A DNA stretch of 61,233 nt, filler included. It is 9 parts of 9 records of this genome, joined end to end, with 100 filler letters (N's around TTAATTAATTAA, not from the genome) between each part and the next. Parts side by side here need not be neighbours in the genome. Positions count along the whole stretch, not along the records: positions 48,110 to 54,163 come from SRR31147125_48275; positions 54,264 to 61,233 come from SRR31147125_48283; 7 more parts are not named here. One strand, 5' to 3'. The notes below the pieces were generated by a model. That model ran no database searches, had not been told where the DNA came from, and saw only the letters and a list, made by a program, of their open reading frames with translations. Shown piece after piece: positions 53,181 to 61,233 of this stretch. Both the position numbers and the translations under genes were made by a program. Each line of letters begins with the position of its first letter. The first letter of the stretch is position 1.

Positions 53181-54113
53181 TTAAAGAATATGTTTATTCC
53201 ATATTTTTTTAATTAAGTTGTTAAATTCCTCTCTAACATAATCCGGCTCAAGGCATCTACACTTATCTGCCCAACTAATTAGCCCCCTATAACCATATTC
53301 GTCTGGTGTAAAAGGAAAAGAGACTAATGTTTCATTTTCAGTATATTGGCTTGCTGATTCAACAGCAAAAGCCTCGCAAAACTGTTCTTTAATAGAGTTA
53401 TCTATAATACACTTAGCACTAATAACTCTATTAAGAACCCAGTCAACTTGCTCAAGGGGTTTAGAGTCAAACTCTCGAATTTTAAATTTATCTTCACAAA
53501 CAGTAAGAGATGAAATTCTACTTAGCTTAAATAATCTAAAACTTTCTCGCAAGCAACAATAGGCATGCATATACCAACTAGAGCCACGAAGAATTAATTG
53601 GTATGGCTCAGCAGTTCTTTTTGTTTTTTTACCTTTTTTATCAGAATAAAAGTATTCAATTTTGTTACTAGCTTGTATCGCAGTTTTGATTTTTTCCAAA
53701 TTTCTGATAACTTCTTTGTTTCCTCGCCATGTAGAAAAGTCTATAACAATTTGATTTGACTGTAATTCCAAATTCTCTAAGTCATTTTCTGGAATATAGC
53801 TTTTTAATTTTGTAATAGTATTATTTACCTCTTTTCCTTTTATTACAGTAGAGATATTGCCTAATCCAGAGAGGATGTTGACAATGTCCTTAGGTGTAAA
53901 GAGGCGTTTATCAAACTTATAACTATCCATTATACTAATTCCACCATTTACTCCTGGATATGTAACAATAGGGATTCCAGCCATATTTAAGGCATCAATA
54001 TCACGATATATAGTTCGTTTAGTAACCTCAAGCATTTTAGACAGTTCAGTTGCACTTATTTTATCATGGTCAAGTAATATCATAATAATAGATATTAGTC
54101 TGTTTAGTTTCAT
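53181..54113 (-). CDS. YafY/PafBC-like HTH-WYL transcriptional regulator
   Basis: LEVTKRTIYRDIDAL..AGIPI, RTAEPYQL..SWYMHAYC.LR..FRLFKLSRI. Confidence 0.93.
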   Translation of the reverse strand: MKLNRLISIIMILLDHDKISATELSKMLEVTKRTIYRDIDALNMAGIPIVTYPGVNGGISIMDSYKFDKRLFTPKDIVNILSGLGNISTVIKGKEVNNTITKLKSYIPENDLENLELQSNQIVIDFSTWRGNKEVIRNLEKIKTAIQASNKIEYFYSDKKGKKTKRTAEPYQLILRGSSWYMHAYCCLRESFRLFKLSRISSLTVCEDKFKIREFDSKPLEQVDWVLNRVISAKCIIDNSIKEQFCEAFAVESASQYTENETLVSFPFTPDEYGYRGLISWADKCRCLEPDYVREEFNNLIKKIWNKHIL

Positions 54114-54263
54114 AAGATATCTCCTTGCAATTGTTTTTTTATATCATAGTAAAGTATAGATTTNNNNNNNNNNNNNNNNNNNNNNNNNNNNNNNNNNNNN
54201 NNNNNNNTTAATTAATTAANNNNNNNNNNNNNNNNNNNNNNNNNNNNNNNNNNNNNNNNNNNN

Positions 54264-54328
54264 TAGACACGCTATCTTGAGGGGGTAGTGCCTAAACGGG
54301 CGTGCGGGTTCGAGTCCCGCCTTCGGCA
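54264..54328 (+). tRNA. tRNA-Leu(GAG), 5' truncated by the contig start, no encoded CCA
   Basis: Anticodon arm ctatc-ttGAGgg-ggtag, long variable arm, T-arm gcggg-ttcgagt-cccgc, acceptor 3' strand cttcggc-a. Confidence 0.92.
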
Positions 54329-54379
54329 CAAGGTTATTTATCTAGTTGTAATTTTGAAGACTTCTATAGGAGAATTCAT

Positions 54380-55408
54380 ATGTTTAAGAAAATTAATTTT
54401 TTTCTGGTTTTATCAGCGATTTTAATCAGTTCTATGCAAGTTAATGTATATGCTCAGGATGCGCAGGAGCAATACAATACAAAACTGCGGGAAGTGAATG
54501 AAGTTGTCACAAAAATGAAGAGTGCTGATATTACTAAAGAAGAATACGATGCGCTGAATACGAAATATCAAACACTGCAACAGGAGATCAAAAGTCTCAA
54601 GCAAAAACTGGAAGCTGATGTTGAATACACAAAAAAGATGAACGACGCTAAAAAGTCATACAACGATGGAAACACGGCTTTTAAAAAAGGTCAGTTTGAT
54701 GTTGCTATTCAGGAATATGATAAATCGGTAGCATTGAACCCGAATAACGCCAAGGCATTCTACGGAAAAGGATTGTCACTGACCAAGTTAAGAAAGTACC
54801 CTGAAGCTGTTGTTGCTTTTCAAAAAGCGGTTGATCTTTCCCCTGGTTATGATGCGGCGTATTCTGCGATGGGTGGAGCTTATGACAAACAGGGAAAATC
54901 TCAGGATGCTGTTAATGCCTATTTGAAGGCAGTTGAAGTAAATCCTGGAAAAAAGAATTCCCTATATAATTTGGGACGCATGTACAAAAAAGTTAAAGAC
55001 AATAAAAATGCGATAAAATATTTCCAAATGGCAACACAGGTGGATCCGGAATATTATCGCGCATATAACAGTCTTGGAACCAGCTATTTTGATGATGGTC
55101 AGGTTGATAATGCGATTATGGCTTATCAGAATGCTTTGGCCATAAAAACAGACTATGCTGAAGCAAACGCACGGTTGGCAATGGCCTTTAACAAAGTCGG
55201 TCGTTTTCAGGAAGCGTACAATGCATCAAAAGCATGTCTGAAAAAACCGGGACGATTCAAAGGTTTTGCTAATTATGAAGCAGGAATAGCCGCCAAGAAT
55301 ATAGGCAATACACAAGAAGCTGTGAAGTTTTTTCAAGCTGCTTTAAATGATCGTCAGTGGCGAAAATCAGCACAATACGAGATCGATATGCTAAAGGACA
55401 AGATGTAA
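54380..55408 (+). CDS. Secreted tetratricopeptide-repeat protein
   Basis: Signal peptide, coiled coil, about six TPR units (A...Y.KA..L.P); AGGAG Shine-Dalgarno. Confidence 0.9.
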   Translation: MFKKINFFLVLSAILISSMQVNVYAQDAQEQYNTKLREVNEVVTKMKSADITKEEYDALNTKYQTLQQEIKSLKQKLEADVEYTKKMNDAKKSYNDGNTAFKKGQFDVAIQEYDKSVALNPNNAKAFYGKGLSLTKLRKYPEAVVAFQKAVDLSPGYDAAYSAMGGAYDKQGKSQDAVNAYLKAVEVNPGKKNSLYNLGRMYKKVKDNKNAIKYFQMATQVDPEYYRAYNSLGTSYFDDGQVDNAIMAYQNALAIKTDYAEANARLAMAFNKVGRFQEAYNASKACLKKPGRFKGFANYEAGIAAKNIGNTQEAVKFFQAALNDRQWRKSAQYEIDMLKDKM

Positions 55409-55433
55409 TAGCTTGCCTAAATAGGAAAAGTTT

Positions 55434-55462
55434 AAAACCCGTCACTTGTGGCGGGTTTTTTT
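55434..55462 (+). terminator. Intrinsic terminator
   Basis: aaaacccgtca-cttg-tggcgggttttttt. Confidence 0.85.
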
Positions 55463-55565
55463 ATTTGTGGAAAATATGCTTGAAAATGTATGAGGAATTC
55501 AAGATATTTAGTAATGTAAAGATTTATTTTGTAAGAACTACATAATTTACTTTAAAGGTGATCTT

Positions 55566-56479
55566 ATGAAAAAGATAAGTAGAAGGGAATTTATAGTACA
55601 AAGTGCGGGGGCTGGAGTAGCCATGTCCGCCGTTGTCAGCGTGAAAAGTCCGGTAGTTGCTGCTCCCGAGAAATATGATATGATCGTCGTGAAAAATGGT
55701 TCTCCTGCAGATATGGTTCAAAAGGCTGTCGAATCCCTCGGTGGTATGGGGCGGTTTGTGAAAAAAGGACAAACTGTATTGTTAAAGCCGAATATTGGAT
55801 GGGATAGATTGCCGGAACAAGCAGCAAATACAAATCCCGAAGCTGTGGCACAGGTCGTCAAAATGTGCCTTGAGGCAGGAGCCAAGCGTGTTCGTGTTCT
55901 GGATCGAACCTGTAATCAGGCAAGAAGATGTTATAAAAGAAGTGGAATTGAAAAAGCTGTTAAAGATGCTGGTGGAGAAGTCAGGCATATCGTGAAAAGT
56001 CGATTCAAAGATGTAAGTATTCCTGATGGGAAGCTGGTTAAAAAGTGGGCTTATTACAAGGATGCTTTTGATGCAGATGTTTTGATTAATATGCCTATAG
56101 CCAAACATCATACCATTTCCAGAGTAACCCTGGGTTTTAAAAATATGATGGGCCTGTTAGGCGGCGAGAGAGGTAATCTTCATACCGATTTTATGACCAA
56201 AATAGTAGATATAAATTTACCCCTAAAGCCGGCGCTTACTATAATCGATTCTTATCGCGTCCTGATGAGAAATGGTCCTTCCGGGGGCAATCTGGATGAT
56301 GTGGAAGAGAAAAAAACAATTATCGCGGGAATTGATCGTGTTGCTGCTGATACTTATGCTGCCACACTTTTTGGTATTGATCCAAAGGAAATGAATATTT
56401 ACTCATCGCCCAGGAACGTGGGCTTGGAACAATGGATTTAACAAAAATAAATATGCAAGAAATAGAGGTGAAGGCTTAA
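55566..56479 (+). CDS. Tat-signal DUF362 protein; a frameshift at ~56389 hides the real C-terminus
   Basis: SRREFI, VLLKPNI, ANTNP, P.AKHH, KNMMG, D.VAAD. The alternative frame continues EYLLIAQERGLGTMDL...KA*. Confidence 0.82.
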
Positions 56480-56594
56480 TATGCATTAATTATATAAAGT
56501 CCTGAAATATTCCTTTCTTCATTGAATTCATGTAACTTTCTATAGTAATTTTGAGTACTATTTCTATCGATGAAAAAATTGAAAGAAATTTCTT

Positions 56595-58132
56595 ATGAAA
56601 AAAGTTCGCCGAATCTCCCAAGTTATATTTCTATTCTTGTTTCTTTTTCTTTTTTTACAAGCACGGTTTCCTTATGAAACATGGATCCCATCTGATCTCT
56701 TTTTAAGGGCAAGTCCCTTGATTGGTATCATAACCATGATTGCAAGCCGTACTCTTATTGCTACACTCGGCCTATCTATTATCATACTATTATTAACGAT
56801 ACCGTTTGGTCGGTTTTTTTGTGGCTGGATATGTCCTTTAGGTACGGTGATCGATGCCAGTGATCACATGATAAAACGGAAAAAAGCAAACCTGGACAAC
56901 GTGCAAGTACGTATTTCCGGTCCTGGAAATTTGTTATTCTTGCTGCTGTTTTTGTTGCGTCTCTGTTTTCACTTCAGCTTGTATGGTTTTTTGATCCGAT
57001 TGCGTTACTAACCCGAACACTGACTGTCGTGATCTATCCGGCATTTGCATTTGTCTTGGAGGGATTATTCGCTTTTGGTTTTAATAGTGGAATTCTTGAG
57101 GATCAGATATACAGTGCGTATGATTTTGCGCAAAATTCCTTTATGCCAATAGCACAACCTCATTTCCTTTATTCCATGACATTCCTGATTATATTCGGGA
57201 TCATTCTCGGGCTGGGTATGGTCTCTCGCCGATTCTGGTGCCGGAATTTGTGCCCACTTGGTGCTTTGTTAGGGATCTTTTCAAAATATCGAATTTTGAA
57301 GCGATATGTGAGCGATGCTTGCACAAGCTGTACCAAGTGTCAACAGGGCTGTAAAATGAATGCCATTGAAGATGATTTTGCTGTAAATAACACGGTTGAA
57401 TGTATCGAATGTGGTGAATGTGTCTCAGTATGTAAACCTCGCGCTGTTTCGTACAAGTTTGGCAAAAGCATTGGCGAAAACAAGGTCGATCTGTCCAGAA
57501 GACGATTGATTCAGGCGTCAGCTGCGGGTGTTGCCGGCCTGGCTTTTATAAAAACAACAACTGCCAAACCCTCTGACAAACACAAAGTTATTCGTCCGCC
57601 GGGTTCACTAACAGAGGACACTTTTTTAGATAAATGTATTCGTTGCCATGAATGTGTCCGAATTTGTTCGACAACGGGTGGATGTTTGCAACCTTCTATG
57701 TTTGAAACCGGACTGGAAGGCATGTTGAGTCCCATATCCGTTCCGCTCCTTGGATACTGTGAATATAATTGTAATTTATGTGGACAGGTATGTCCAACAG
57801 GCGCTATTAAAAATCTGGCATTAAAAGAAAAGCAAAAGATAAAAATGGGGATGGCCTATTTTGATAAAACCAGATGTATTCCCTGGTACAAGCAGCAGGA
57901 TTGCCTGGTGTGTGAGGAGCATTGTCCTTTAGGGGATAAGGCCATAAAGTTTGATATTCGGGAAGCTCGCACGCCGGATGGTAAATTCCGGACGGTCAAA
58001 TTCCCCTATGTTGACGAAGAACTTTGTATTGGTTGTGGAATTTGTGAAACTAAATGCCCACTGGTTGGAAAACCGGGTATTTTCGTAACGTCTGAAAAAG
58101 AGGAACGTATTGATAATGGTAACGATATGTAG
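56595..58132 (+). CDS. Membrane polyferredoxin, NapH/MauN-like fused to NapG/MauM-like, frameshift in an A-run at ~56880
   Basis: GRFFCGWICPLG, RFWCRNLCPLG, several CxxCxxCxxxC motifs, IRPPGS..F..CIRC. Confidence 0.85.
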
Positions 58133-58413
58133 AATTTACATTGTTCGTTATTCATACAAATCTCATTTATAAAAATCTGAAATTGAGTAAAATTTGTAAA
58201 AATCGTAAAAGAGACAATGGATGACGGGTATCTGCTAACGTTACCCTAATCCATTGTTTTCTTTGTTGTTTTTTAACGTAATGTGATGTTAAGGTCCAAC
58301 TGATAAAATAACCGGGTGGAATAATGACTTTTTTTAAAAGATTTTTTGATAATTTCTTAAATGCTTTAAAACATTGTTTTTTAGCTTTAAAAAAGGCTTT
58401 GTTTTCAATCGGA

Positions 58414-60099
58414 ATGAACCCAAACAAGGTTCAGCATACCTGGTTTGATAAATATGATACAGGTGTGCCTTTTAAAATCAATATCCCCATTTATCCTCTA
58501 TCCAGATTTCTCGATGATGCTGTTCTTGTGAATGGTGACGGACCGGCTATTATTTATTTTGGAAAAAAACTAACATACAATCAAGTGAATGATGCGGTCA
58601 ATCAGGTTGCCCTTGGACTGCAAAAACTGGGGGTCTCAAAGGGAGATCGGGTTGCTTTGATTTTACCCAATATGCCGCAATTTGTTTACAGTTATTGGGG
58701 AATTTTAAAACTTGGTGCTGTTGTCGTTCTGGTGAATCCGTTGTTATCGGAAAGGGAAATAAGATATCAATTAGAAAATAGTGGTGCCAGGCATGTCATT
58801 ACCCTGGATCGGATTTATCCACGTATTCATCGAATAAAAAAGAAGGTTGGCATAAAACATGTTGTGGTGGCGCGTATAGAGACCTTTATGCCATCTTACT
58901 TGAGAATTGTATTACAGGTCAGAGAACGGTTACGACAAATTGAGGAGCGTATTCGTGAAGGGGATGATACAACGTTTTTTAGTAACCTTTTGCAGAACGG
59001 GCACGTGTCAAGTCCCCAAATACAAATTAACGACCCAGCAGTTTTACTTTACACCGGTGGTGTGACCGGGAGATCGAAAGCAGCCATTTTAAGTCATAAG
59101 AGTCTTGTGGCCAATACATTACAGGCACGTGCCTGGATTCCGGATTTTCAGGATGGAAAAGAAGTTATTTTGGCAGCCCTGCCGCTAATACATAGTTATG
59201 GAATGACTTCCTGCCATCATCTGGCTGTGCAAAGTAAATCAGTACTGCTTTTACAACCAAGATTTAGTGCCAGGTGGACGATTAAAAATATTTCAAAATT
59301 CAAGGTGACCATTTTCCCAGGTGTTCCCACTATGTATTCCGCCATGCTCAAAGAGACTATTGTGAAAAAGGCTGATTTTTCTTCTCTACGGGCCTGTATC
59401 AGCGGGGGAGCTCCCTTACCTCCGGCGATAAAGGACGTTTTTCAGGATTTGACTAAAAGTCGCCTCGTTGAAGGTTATGGACTCACAGAGGCATCACCGA
59501 TTACTCATTGTAATCCCATATATGGAAAAAATAAATCAGGCAGTATCGGTTTGCCATGGCCGGGCACGGAAGCCCGTGTGGTTCATTTAAAAACCCGAAA
59601 AATAGTTCCTTGCAGTAAATTGGGAGAACTTGAAGTACGGGGCCCACAGATCATGTCAGAATACTGGAATAATAAAGATGAAACTCATAAAGTGATAAAC
59701 CGGGATGGCTGGTTGAAAACCGGAGATATTGCTAAATTTGACAATGAAGGATATTTTTATATTGTTGATAGAAAAAAAGATGTTATCTTTATTGGAGGGT
59801 ATAACGTTTATCCAAGCGAGATAGAGCAGGTGCTAAGTGAACACCCAAAGGTAATGGAGGCGGCTGTAACGGGTGTCACTGATGATTATTATGGAGAATC
59901 TGTTATCGCCTATGTAGTAGTCAAAACTAAAAATTCCGTAACGGAAGAAGAATTAATATGTTACTGCAGTGATAAGCTGGCTAAATTTAAAACACCCAAA
60001 AAGATCGTATTTAGGACACAACTGCCCAAAAATTTTCTCGGCAAGGTGCTGAAACGTGAGTTGAGAGAAGATTTTTTAGCTAACGCTGTAACAGCTTAA
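58414..60099 (+). CDS. Long-chain fatty-acid--CoA ligase family protein (start may be 58324)
   Basis: YTGGVTGRSK, SGGAPLP, EGYGLTEASP, GWLKTGD, DRKKD, LPKN..GKVLKR. Confidence 0.9.
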   Translation: MNPNKVQHTWFDKYDTGVPFKINIPIYPLSRFLDDAVLVNGDGPAIIYFGKKLTYNQVNDAVNQVALGLQKLGVSKGDRVALILPNMPQFVYSYWGILKLGAVVVLVNPLLSEREIRYQLENSGARHVITLDRIYPRIHRIKKKVGIKHVVVARIETFMPSYLRIVLQVRERLRQIEERIREGDDTTFFSNLLQNGHVSSPQIQINDPAVLLYTGGVTGRSKAAILSHKSLVANTLQARAWIPDFQDGKEVILAALPLIHSYGMTSCHHLAVQSKSVLLLQPRFSARWTIKNISKFKVTIFPGVPTMYSAMLKETIVKKADFSSLRACISGGAPLPPAIKDVFQDLTKSRLVEGYGLTEASPITHCNPIYGKNKSGSIGLPWPGTEARVVHLKTRKIVPCSKLGELEVRGPQIMSEYWNNKDETHKVINRDGWLKTGDIAKFDNEGYFYIVDRKKDVIFIGGYNVYPSEIEQVLSEHPKVMEAAVTGVTDDYYGESVIAYVVVKTKNSVTEEELICYCSDKLAKFKTPKKIVFRTQLPKNFLGKVLKRELREDFLANAVTA

Positions 60100-60197
60100 A
60101 TTAACATCCGGTTATGGTTGTTTTTAGATGGTTGTTAAAATATAAATAAATCTGTGGTTATAGTTTATTTTTCATCAATTAAGTGAATTGAATTTTT

Positions 60198-61052
60198 ATG
60201 GATAAAGATCTGGTAACGGTTTTACACCCGGACCTGCAGAAAGATTCTGTAACACTGGTAATCAATGGGCCCCCGGGTGACAACTCACTCGTTCCCAATA
60301 TTTTGGCGCGGTTTGAAGAAGAATTGCGGCAGGGATATACAAAGATTGTGGTTGATCTTGAAAAAATTAAAGAGATGCCCCCGAGTTTGCTTGTATTGAT
60401 ATTTGAGATGACAGCACGAGTCAGAAGGCATGGTGGGGATGTGAAAATTATTCATGTGCAAAACAGCGTTCGTTCACAAATATTGAATTTTAATCCATTT
60501 GATTATTTATCCGAAATGGTTGTAAAAGAGGTCCGTGAGCCAAACAGAAGTGAATTTTCAGCTCCAGCTGTTTCAGATTCAACAGAGCGAAATAATTCAC
60601 ATTTTGCGAAAGAAAATCATGCTCTTTCATCAACAAGGCAAAGAAAAGAAAAATTAATTCCAAGTCGTGTTGATGAATTATACAGTGCCTGTGATTTTGT
60701 CCTGGAAACCGCTTCTCAAATGGGATTTCCACAAAGTGAGTTAGGACGGATAAAAATTGCTGTTTATGAAGCTTGTTTGAATGTTATTGAACATGTTTAT
60801 CATTCAGACCCGAACCAATCTATCCGACTTTTCGTAGAAAATTCCGATGATACACTGGTGGTTATTGTACATGATCAGGGAGAGGGAATTCAATTAAATA
60901 ATAATTCGGATTTTGATGTTGTAGATATGGCCTCGAACAGAAGAACAGGCGGAATGGGACTGCATATTATTAATAGATCTTTTGATAGTGTGAATTATGA
61001 GAAAGATTCTGTGCAAGGCAACAGACTTGTAATGGTAAAAAAGTTAAAGTGA
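60198..61052 (+). CDS. STAS (anti-anti-sigma) domain fused to an RsbW-like kinase domain
   Basis: IVVDL...R..GG.VK in the N-terminal half; EACLNVIEH, DQGEG and GGMGL boxes in the C-terminal half. Confidence 0.8.
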   Translation: MDKDLVTVLHPDLQKDSVTLVINGPPGDNSLVPNILARFEEELRQGYTKIVVDLEKIKEMPPSLLVLIFEMTARVRRHGGDVKIIHVQNSVRSQILNFNPFDYLSEMVVKEVREPNRSEFSAPAVSDSTERNNSHFAKENHALSSTRQRKEKLIPSRVDELYSACDFVLETASQMGFPQSELGRIKIAVYEACLNVIEHVYHSDPNQSIRLFVENSDDTLVVIVHDQGEGIQLNNNSDFDVVDMASNRRTGGMGLHIINRSFDSVNYEKDSVQGNRLVMVKKLK

Positions 61053-61079
61053 TACAAAATTAACGGGGTTTCTGTACAA

Positions 61080-61233
61080 ATGAATATAGATGTTTTGAGT
61101 TTCTTGTTTGGATTTCTTATCGCTCTGGCTGCCCTGATTATAGCTGAGAGGTTTTATGGTTTTTTTGGGGGTAATCGAAAATTACGGAAACTGAAGAGGG
61201 AGAATGTGCGTTTAAAGAGTATTATCCGAAAAA
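61080..61233 (+). CDS. Small membrane protein, 3' truncated
   Basis: MNIDVLSFLFGFLIALAALIIAERFYG... open to the window end. Confidence 0.55.
   Translation, partial: MNIDVLSFLFGFLIALAALIIAERFYGFFGGNRKLRKLKRENVRLKSIIRK

Noticed and set aside
45552-54113. Possible defence island made of the nuclease-helicase, the WYL regulator and, further away, the MNT-HEPN pair
   Set aside because: These genes are on different contigs and probably from different organisms, so their adjacency is meaningless
12254-54263. Regularly recurring TTAATTAATTAA motif flanked by N runs
   Set aside because: Artificial concatenation linker, not a biological repeat. ORFs running into it (ending ...LIN) are artefacts
54302-54379. 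N-terminal extension of the TPR ORF
   Set aside because: It overlaps the tRNA-Leu T-arm. The real start is ATG 54380, which has a Shine-Dalgarno and a signal peptide
54328-55408. Integrative element inserted at the tRNA-Leu 3' end
   Set aside because: No integrase and no duplicated tRNA 3' end in the contig; downstream genes look chromosomal
17821-58132. Split genes (GNAT, cbiB, ModF-like, minD, polyferredoxin) as pseudogenes, or as selenocysteine/stop read-through
   Set aside because: Each break is a frame change, not an in-frame TGA or TAG, and both halves keep intact motifs. Sequencing error is the simplest explanation
370-60732. Many short antisense or alternate-frame ORFs in the track (e.g. 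2108-2791, 8725-9399, 12532-12924)
   Set aside because: They lie wholly inside well-supported genes and have no motifs of their own; shadow ORFs

Overview
This window is not one locus. It holds nine unrelated contigs of about 5-12 kb, joined by eight artificial 100-bp spacers (N44-TTAATTAATTAA-N44), so gene neighbourhoods mean something only within a contig. Taxonomic labels below are inferred from gene content. (1) 1-12253, Bacteroidota-like: minus-strand cluster of a Tat metallophosphoesterase, TonB-dependent receptor, FtsX/MacB-type permease plus ATPase, a ~1250-aa double PQQ-type beta-propeller lipoprotein, a membrane-anchored hypothetical protein, a DUF2490-like barrel and a second metallophosphoesterase. 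(2) 12354-19099: 964-aa unknown secreted protein divergent from a PL8 lyase, a GNAT and an E2-like fragment. (3) 19200-26196: cobamide salvage genes cobU-cobT-cobS-cobC-cobQ-cbiB with an MNT/HEPN pair inserted. (4) 26297-31984: deoxynucleoside kinase, ModF-like ATPase, GH43, lytic transglycosylase, uvrA. (5) 32085-37176, Clostridia-like: mreC-mreD-mrdA-minD-rodA. (6) 37277-42283: large T9SS-secreted repeat protein. (7) 42384-48009: probable rplM start with leader and promoter, two CapA-family genes, a nuclease-helicase fusion. (8) 48110-54163: FtsX permease, LolA-like, DUF2141, Mpo1-like, porin-like genes and a WYL regulator. (9) 54264-61233: partial tRNA-Leu(GAG), TPR protein, DUF362, polyferredoxin, acyl-CoA ligase, STAS-RsbW fusion. 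About 11 single-base frameshifts, mostly in homopolymers, look like sequencing errors rather than pseudogenes. No CRISPR array, transposase or phage gene was seen. The best candidate for an undescribed system is the contig-1 cluster, where three unrelated exported or membrane proteins each carry a CxC motif. All calls come from reading motifs by eye; no database searches were run.
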